Of a stretch of DNA of 64,000 nucleotides, positions 55,615 through 64,000 are shown one piece after another. A program made the translations under genes and the position numbers. The stretch's first letter is position 1. Each line of letters opens with the position of its first letter. The notes under the pieces are model-generated. The model saw only the letters and a program-made list of their open reading frames with translations, searched no databases and was not told the DNA's origin. Origin of the DNA: Octopus vulgaris (lineage: Eukaryota); the NCBI GenBank assembly GCA_951406725.2, contig OX597823.1:64418001-64482000 (forward strand), given 5' to 3'.

Positions 55615-56031
55615 AGGTGGCGAGCTGGCAGAAACGTTAGCACGCCGGGCGATATGTGTAACCGTATTTCGTCTGCCGTTACATTCTGAGTTCAAATTCC
55701 GTCTAGGTCAACTTTGCCGTTCATCCTTTCGGGGGTCAATAAGTTAAGTACCAGTTACGCACTGGGGTCGATGTAATCGGCTTAAACCGTTTGTCTGTCC
55801 TTGTTTGTCTTCTCTGTGTTTAGCCCCTTGAGGGTAGTAAAGAAATAGGTATTTTGTCTGCCACTACGTTCTGAGTTCAAATTCCGCCGAGGTCAACTTT
55901 GCCTTTCATCCTTTCGGGGTCGATAAGTTAAGTACCAGTTACGCACTGGGGTTGATGTAATCGACTTAAACAGTTTGTCTGTCCTTGTTTGTCCTCTCTG
56001 TGTTTAGCCCCTTGTGGGTAGTAAAGAAATA
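55615..56031 (+). mobile_element. Dimeric SINE family B insertion
   Basis: A full unit followed by a 5'-truncated second unit, with a single TSD ggttgtggtgctggt around both. Confidence 0.8.
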
Positions 56032-57104
56032 GGTTGTGGTGCTGGTGGTGGTGGCAACAGTGGTGGTGATGTGATGAAGGTAGCAGTGGTGGTGGTGGTG
56101 GTGGTGGTTGTGTTGGTGGATGTATTAATTGAAGAGCAGGTTTCTAATGATGGTGGCACTGATAGTGGCGATGATGATGGTGTGAGATTGCTGTGGAGCT
56201 AAGTGATGACAGTGGCAGAATTTGGTGGTGATGGTGGTAGTAGTGATGGTGGTGCAGCTTAGTGGTGCTGGCAATGGAGTCTGGCCGTGGATGTGATGAA
56301 ACCTATTTCTTTACTGCCCACAAGGGGCTAAACACAGAGAGGACAAACAAGGACAGACAAACGGATTAAGTTCATTATATCGACCCCAGTGCGTAACTGG
56401 TACTTATTTAATCGACCCCGAAAGGATGAAAGGCAAAGTCGACCTCGGCGGAATTTGAACTCAGAACGTAGCGGCAAACGAAATACTGTTAAGCATTTCG
56501 CCCAGCGTGCTAACGATTCTGCCAGGATGTGATGAAACCTGAGGAGGATAATTTTGGTAGTAATGGTGGTGATGGTGATGGGGCTCAGTGTACACATCTT
56601 AGCATTTAACAAAAATATAAAGGACAGTTTGGGGCAGTGTAATTTTTAACATGTTAAAATGCAGGATAGTCATGTTTGGACTGTCTTTAATCATAGGTTT
56701 TCTCAGTAAGGGGCCAACCCAGAACTAGGAGACAACAACAATAGCAACAACAACAATGACCACCATTTCATAATAAACTAGAAATGAGATCTGATTAAAA
56801 AAAAAATCGCAACTGTTGCTGATGGATCTATAATATGCAGAGTGAAGCTGCTTGGCACAGATTGACCCTGAACTTTTCCTTGCATACACACTACTCTTTT
56901 ACTCTTTTACTTGTTTCAGTCATTTGACAGTGACCATGCTGGAGCACTGCCTTAAGTTGAGCAAATCGACCCCAGGACCCATTCCTTGTATGCCCAGTAC
57001 CCACTCCATCGATCTCCTTTGCCGAACTGCCAAGTTACAGGAACGCAAACACACCAGCATCGGTTGTCAAGTGATGTTGGGGAGACAAACATAGATGCAC
57101 AAAC

Positions 57105-57163
<59 letters not shown>

Positions 57164-57367
57164 TACATATATACGACGGGCTTCTTTCAGTTTCCGTCTA
57201 CCAAATCTACTCACAAGGTTTTGGTCAGCCCGAAGCTATAGTAGAAGACACTTGCCCAAGGTGCCACGCCGTGGGACTGAACCCGGAATCATGTGGTTGG
57301 TAAGCAAGCTACTTACCCACTCACTCTTGTTGTTTATAGCAATACTTGTGAAATAAAGTGTGTAGAG

Positions 57368-57682
57368 TAATGGTTCTCAACCAGGGTCTATATAAGATTT
57401 TGGGAAGTTCATGCAACAAAACAATAAGTTGGGGGTCCACAATAGTATTTTAAGGGCCCCAGGAAAAGTTTTGCTTTAGATGTATGTATTGGTATGTATT
57501 GTAAGAAACAGGTTTCTTTCTCTAAGATTTTACATAGTTCAACTTACACAAGTTAATGTGTGAAAAAAAAAAATGAATTTCTATAAAACCTGTTTTTAAA
57601 CATTGAATGACTATGGATGTCCATCTGGATAAAATTATAATCAAAGGGGTCCATAGTTTAAAAAAATGGTTGAGAACCCCTG
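57368..57682. mobile_element. hAT-type (Charlie/MER5-like) MITE
   Basis: TIRs taatggttctcaacc / ggttgagaacccctg. 8-bp flanks gtgtagag and gtgtagtg. Confidence 0.7.
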
Positions 57683-57729
57683 GTGTAGTGTGTAGTCGTC
57701 TCAAAAAGGAGGTCTGGTTTCAGCTGTAC

Positions 57730-58085
57730 AGGATCTCTTTGATTGTGCCGAGGAAAATTAAAACATTTTGGAAGCAGTCATAACAAGTGATGAATTATGG
57801 GTCTATGGCTGTGACCCTGAAACCAAAGCAAGAATCAAATCCCACTTGAAAGGAGCAAGATTTCAAGACATCTAGGAAATCCAAGGGAATGCAATGAAGC
57901 AGCTGCTTGCTATCCCAAAACAGGAGTTCTGCAAATGCTTCCATGGAAACATCTATGGAAACAGTGATGGATAAAATGTGTGGCTTCAGAATGGGACTAC
58001 TTCAGAGGAGACAAAATGCTAAATTGATATCTGTTGGAGTTCTCTTTTTATAGCACCAGTCCTGATACTTTTTGGTCAGACCTTG
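57730..58085 (+). mobile_element. Internally deleted mariner fragment
   Basis: VITSDELWVYGCDPETK...IKSHLKGARFQDI*EIQ...KCVASEWDYF. Confidence 0.7.
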
Positions 58086-58089
58086 TATT

Positions 58090-58865
58090 TACAAGAGGGT
58101 ACTCAAAAGAAGCCAGAATTTTGCAATATTATTTCATTCACATAGTTTTACATGTTTACACTTTTATCACCTTCAAAGTATTCTCCACTTTAAGCAATGC
58201 ATTGGTCCAAATGTGTTTTCCACTATTCAAAGCAGTGCTGGAACTCTTGTGGAATGATGTCATCTAATGCCTCAGTTGTTTTTTTTTTCACCTCTTCCAC
58301 ATCTGCAAAACGTTTTCCTTTTTAGTACATTTTTCATTTGGGGGAATGAAAAATGGGAGCAAAATCAGGTAAATAGGGAGTGTGGGTAAGCAGGGTCGTG
58401 CCATTTCTAGCCAAAAACTGTCTCACATTTGAGATGGTGTGTGCAGGTGCATTGTCATGAAGAAAAAAACCACTCTCCACTTTGCTACAGGTTGGGGCGT
58501 TTTTGTCTCACCGCATCTTGCAAATGTTTCAGAACTGCCAAGTGAAATGTCTGGTTAACAGTTTAACCAGGAGGAACAAATTCTGTGTGGACAATTCCTT
58601 TCACATTGATGAAACAAATCAGCATCGTTTTGACATTGGACTTCATTTGACATCCTTTTTTGGGGCGTAGTGACATTGAATGCTTCCATTGACTTGATTG
58701 CTGCTTCACTTCTGGGTCGTAGCCATAGTACCACTTTTTGTCACCAATGATGACCTTTGAATAAATATCTGGATCAACTTCCAACTGTTCTTTCAGTTCA
58801 CAACAGGCATTCAGTCATGTCTGCTTTTGATCTTCCTTGAGCAAGTGAGGCACACATTTTTCAGA
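58090..58865 (-). mobile_element. Mariner transposase remnant
   Basis: IIGDKKWYYGYDPEVKQQSSQWK...PKK...KTMLICF...GIVHTEFVPPG (ORF 58563-58784). Confidence 0.8.
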
Positions 58866-59164
58866 CTTTCACAGCATTTCTGTCTATTTAATTCTACTCA
58901 CATGCCTTGGATTGATCTGAGTCTATGAGGAAAAAAGATACTTCACCAAGATGTCTTGCATTAGGACAGAATACCAAGACTTCATGTTTGCACAATGAAT
59001 ATTTTAAATGCCTGATTAGATCATCCAGTCATCTACTAACTTAGGGTCATGTGATCATAAATTAAATTTATAACCTCAAAAGTCCTTTCTTCCATGATAT
59101 TTCATCCAACTATTTGATTTAGTTTTAATTATAGAAAGGACATTTTGGTTTTTGCCTAACTTGA

Positions 59165-59868
59165 GAGTAAAGTTGGGCATAGAGGCATCAAATGTGGTGT
59201 ACAAGAGAGATGATTTTGCTAGTATGGTCATGCGATGCGTATGGATGAGGACAGTTGTGTAAAGAAGTGCTGATCTCTAACTGTGGAGAGAACCTGTGGT
59301 AGAAGTTGACCCAGTAAGATATGGGATGAGTTGATGAAGCATGATCTTCAAACTTTGGGCATCACAGAAGCAATGACTAGTGATATGCTGTGCTTGAGAG
59401 GACCCATCAAGCCAAGTGAAATTGTAGTCATGCCTGATGCTGGTGTCACGTAACTGGCACCCATGCCAGTGGAATGTAAAAAGCACCTTTCAAGCATTGG
59501 GCCTCAGGGAGACAAAGTGGCTAATGCCAGTGACATGGGAAATGCTCATTTCAAGTGTTGGGCCTCACAGAAACAATCACAAACGACTGAGACCTTTGAC
59601 ATTATTTTGTGCTTCAGAAGAAGACCCATCAAGCCAAGTAAAATCACAGGCATGGTAGATACTGGTGTCATACAAATGGCACCCATGCTAGTGGCACATA
59701 AAAAACACCCATTACACTCTTGGAGTAGTTGGCACTAGGAAGGGCACCCAGCCATAGAAACCATGCCAAATCAGACTGCTGTCAGGTGCAGCCTTCCAGC
59801 TTGCCAGCCCTGATTAAACAGTCCAACACATGCCAGCATGGACAACAGATGTTAAATGATGATGATGA
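59165..59868 (+). mobile_element. RTE-like LINE tail joined to a (GAT)n-tailed SINE-like repeat
   Basis: GH..RMDEDS.VKKC motif, then the ggaagggcatccagc repeat family ending in gatgatgat. Confidence 0.55.
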
Positions 59869-60101
59869 TATATAGTAATATGAATAGATAAGATCCAAAG
59901 AATAAGGTGTAGGAAATTAGTAAGCTTCATGCAGTCCATAGAAGGTATAAAAAAGAATTTTCAGGAACAATAGGGGTTTATTGCCATTGAAGGTTGTAAA
60001 TTTTTCTCATATCAAGGTTCGACAAGTTGAAAAACGAGTTATTGTATAGTTCATGGTTAGCAACTGGGGTTGTTGTATATACAGATAAAAATCAAAAATT
60101 A

Positions 60102-60321
60102 GGGAATGGAGTACATAAAACCTAGGCTACATGTTTTCTCGCTAACAGAATCTTGCAAGTAGCAATTGTCCAAACAAGGGGTACTCCGCTAGCTAGCGGA
60201 GTAGCTAGCAGAGCTAAATAGATGGGTAGCTAGTAGAGTACCTCTTATTTGGGTAATTACTACTTCTGAGGTTCTGCTAGCTAGGAAACATATGTAACCG
60301 GATTTTATCTACTCCATTCCC
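60102..60321. mobile_element. Fold-back MITE flanked by TA
   Basis: Imperfect ~85-bp inverted arms gggaatggagta.../...tactccattccc. Internal palindrome tactccgctagctagcggagta. Confidence 0.65.
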
Positions 60322-60359
60322 TATATTTGGATTCTATCAATCACTCTATCTATCTATCG

Positions 60360-60397
<38 letters not shown>

Positions 60398-60424
60398 ATA
60401 TATATATATATTTATATATATATA

Positions 60425-60812
60425 CTAGCAGTATCGCCCGGCGTTGCTCGGGTTTGTAAGGGAAATAACTATACAGCATTTTTAGAGAGTTATAGCCAAA
60501 AAAAGCAAAAAAATGCATTAAAAATGGAAAAAATATGATGGTAAATATTTTTAAAAGTCGTTCACTCATCGTAGACATTTTTAGAGAGTTACTTCCCTTT
60601 AAAAAAATATGCATGAAAATGGAAAAAAATGATGGTAAATTATTTTTTAAATCGTAGACTCATCGTACACGCGCGCTAATACCCAGAAGGGCTCGATATG
60701 AATCATGACTATAAGATACCCGGTTTTGGTTAAACTGCACTGCAAAATGTGGGAGTAGTTAGGAATCTAAATCGAAGGGGACAGACACTCACAACTTCAC
60801 TTTTATATATAA

Positions 60813-60815
<3 letters not shown>
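60425..60815 (-). mobile_element. Non-autonomous Helitron
   Basis: Minus strand A|TCtttatatataaaag ... CCCG-agcaacgc-CGGG-cgatactgCTAG|T. No target-site duplication. Confidence 0.75.
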
Positions 60816-60859
<44 letters not shown>

Positions 60860-61923
60860 TACATATAATTTTTTTAAAATTTCTTTTTCATTATAGCCAC
60901 TTAATTAATTACTGACATTACACAAATTCTTTGATATCAAAGAACATTAATTAAAATTAACTCATCAATATTTTGTTAATAAGTTACGATTATTAAAGTT
61001 TAGCAACGATGCTTTTGCAAATACAAGAAAACCCCACTAATGATGCAATTTTCTTGGCTATTAACTTAACAATACTTTACACACGTCATATCTGCCACAA
61101 TTATGCTGTTGGTGGTCTAAATCATTCCAACCATGGCTACCTCATCCTTTTTCAGTCATATCTTGTACTGTATTATCCAATGCGTAGTTTTCTGCAGAAT
61201 GTGATTTGAAGAGTGATTAGCAAATATGTGAAGATGATCCTTTTTGTTGTTGCCTTATCCCAGTTCCATCCCTCCCCACTCACCCCTTCTGACCTAGCTG
61301 TCCTCGGGTCAAAATCCTATGGGGGGTTAAAAGAGAATCCTGTAAGACTAAAAGGTCAACACAACCCAAGGTCGCTGTTATTATGGTGTGATTGAGGACA
61401 AAGAACTATAATATAAGGTGTTTGTCATGATATATCATCGTCATCATCATTATCATTATCATCGTTGTCGTCGTCATCATCATCATCATCATCATCCTCA
61501 TTGTTTAACATCAGTTTACCATATTGGCATAGGCTGGACTGTTTGGCAGGAGGTGGCCAGTTGGAGAGCTGCTAGAGTCCATGTGTCTGTCTTGTCATTG
61601 TTTCTACACCTGGAGGCCCTTCTTTGCACCAGCCACATTTATGATTATATTAACAACTCTTCACAGTTTTGGTTGTGTAACGAACACCCTGAAGTTAATT
61701 ACTATAGCTGGCTCCTCTTCTATTGGTTCTGTTTAAGGTAGGCTGAAACCTTCATTCACATACCACCCCATAGTGATATTTCTAGAACACTTTGTTTGAA
61801 TTATTACAGTGGTTTAGATTTAGATGCAGATAGTTCTTCTTCACCTAAACTTTCCAGGTAGATAATATTACAAGGAGAAAACAGCAACAATGTGGACTGC
61901 AAGACTGGAGATTTAAAAGCCAT

Positions 61924-63936
61924 CATAGGCCATGTGGCAAATAATAATTTCATAGGCCATGTGGCAAGTAATAATTTCATAAGCCATGTGGCAAATGATA
62001 ATTTCATAGGCCATGTGGCAAATAATAATTTCATAGGCCATGCAGCAAATAATAATTCCATAGACCATGTGGCAAGTAATAATTTCATAAGCCATGTGGC
62101 AAATAATAATTTCATAGGCCATGTGGTAAATAATAATTTCATAGGCCATGTGGCAAATAATAATTTCATAGGCCATGTGGCAAATAATAATTTCATAGGC
62201 CATGCAGAAAATAATAATTTCATAGGACATGCAGTAAATAATAATTTCATAGGCCATGCGGCAAATATTAATTTCATAGGCCATGCGGCAAATATTAATT
62301 TCATAGACCATGTGGCAAGTAATAATTTCATAAGCCATGTGGCAAATAATAATTTCATAGGCCATGTGGCAAATAATAATTTCATAGGCCATGCAGCAAA
62401 TAATAATTTCATAGGACATGCAGTAAATAATAATTTCATAGGCCATGCGGCAAATAATAATTTCATAGGCCATGCAGCAAATAATAATTCCATAGACCAT
62501 GTGGCAAGTAATAATTTCATAAGCCATGTGGCAAATAATAATTTCATAGGCCATGCAGAAAATAATAATTTCATAGGACATGCAGTAAATAATAATTTCA
62601 TAGGCCATGCAGAAAATAATAATTTCATAGACCATGTGGCAAATAATAATTTCATAGGTCATGTGGCAAGTAATAATTTCATAAGCCATGTGGCAAATAA
62701 TAATTTCATAGGCCATGTGACAAATAATAATTTCATAGGCCATGTGGAAAATAATAATTTCATAGGCCATGTGGCAAATAATAATTTCATAGGCCATGCA
62801 GCAAATAATAATTTCATAGGACATGCAGTAAATAATAATTTCATAGGCCATGCGGCAAATAATAATTTCATAGACCATGTGGCAAGTAATAATTTCATAA
62901 GCCATGTGGCAAATAATAATTTCATAATCCATGTGGCAAATAATAATTTCATAGGCCATGTGGTAAATAATAATTTCATAGACCATGTGGCAAATAATAA
63001 TTTCATAGGCCATGTGGCAAATAATAATTTCATAGACCATGTGGCAAATAATAATTTCATAGGCCATGTGGCAAGTAATAATTTCATAAGCCATGTGGCA
63101 AATAATAATTTCATAAGCCATGTGGCAAATAATAATTTCATAGGCCATGTGGCAAATAATAATTTCATAGGACATGCAGTAAATAATAATTTCATAGGCC
63201 ATGTGGCAAATAATAATTTCATAGGCCATGCAGCAAATAATAATTCCATAGACCATGTAATAATTTCATAAGCCATGTGGCAAATAATAATTTCATAAGC
63301 CATGTGGCAAATAATAATTCCATAGGCCATGTGGCAAATAATAATTTCATAGACCATGTGGCAAATAATAATTTCATAGACCATGTGGCAAATAATAATT
63401 TCATAGGCCATGCAGCAAATAATAATTTCATAGACCATGCGGCAAGTTATAATTTCATAAGCCATGTGGCAAATAATAATTTCATAGACCATGCGGCAAA
63501 TAATAATTTCATAGGCCATGCGGCAAATAATAATTTCATAGGCCATGCAGCAAATAATAATTCCATAGACCATGTAATAATTTCATAAGCCATGTGGCAA
63601 ATAATAATTTCATAAGCCATGTGGCAAATAATAATTTCATAGGCCATGTGGCAAATAATAATTTCATAGACCATGTGGCAAATAATAATTTCATAGGCCA
63701 TGTGGCAAATAATAATTTCATAGGCCATGCAGCAAATAATAATTTCATAGGACATGCAGTAAATAATAATTTCATAGGCCACATGGAAAATAATAATTTC
63801 ATAGGCCATGCAGCAAATAATAATTTCATAGACCATGCGCCAAGTTATAATTTCATAAGCCATGTGGCAAATAATAATTTCATAGACCATGCGGCAAATA
63901 ATAATTTCATAGGCCATGCGGCAAATAATAAATTCA
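61924..63936. repeat. 27-bp minisatellite, about 75 copies
   Basis: Unit CATAGGCCATGTGGCAAATAATAATTT with point variants. Two units carry the same 7-bp deletion (~63257, ~63574). Confidence 0.97.
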
Positions 63937-64000
63937 CATGCTTTCAAATATATACAACAGCAATAACAACAAGCATTTTAAGTCCATTTTCCTGGACTTT

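Noticed and set aside
61924-63936. CRISPR-like regular array
   Set aside because: Contiguous tandem units with no unique spacers, no cas genes, and a eukaryotic context.

Overview
This is eukaryotic, AT-rich, repeat-saturated DNA with dense (TA)n/(CA)n/(CAT)n/(TAGA)n microsatellites and several tRNA-derived SINE families. The repeat content resembles that of Octopus/coleoid cephalopod genomes (inference). Almost all ORFs in the supplied track are microsatellite or transposon artefacts. The one recognisable host gene is a + strand CFAP65 (CCDC108)-like gene. Four short phase-0 GT-AG exons (22193-22321, 34881-34949, 36772-36849, 55428-55508) join into a 119-aa peptide colinear with vertebrate CFAP65 as I recall it; the gene extends beyond both window ends. 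The rest is probably intronic and filled with SINEs, Penelope-like, RLE-type, RTE and Gypsy retroelement debris, Tc1/mariner/maT remnants, non-autonomous Helitrons, MITEs and a 2-kb 27-bp minisatellite. Three things merit follow-up. (1) About ten minimal type I hammerhead-ribozyme motifs, five of them within 1.5 kb (26088-27563), including an intact pair locked in a ~165-bp near-perfect fold-back. (2) A candidate unannotated multi-exon antisense gene at ~10.5-13.5 kb whose frame is restored by one base in a T4 run. (3) The 27-bp repeat with a 459-codon open frame. All calls were made by eye, without database searches.
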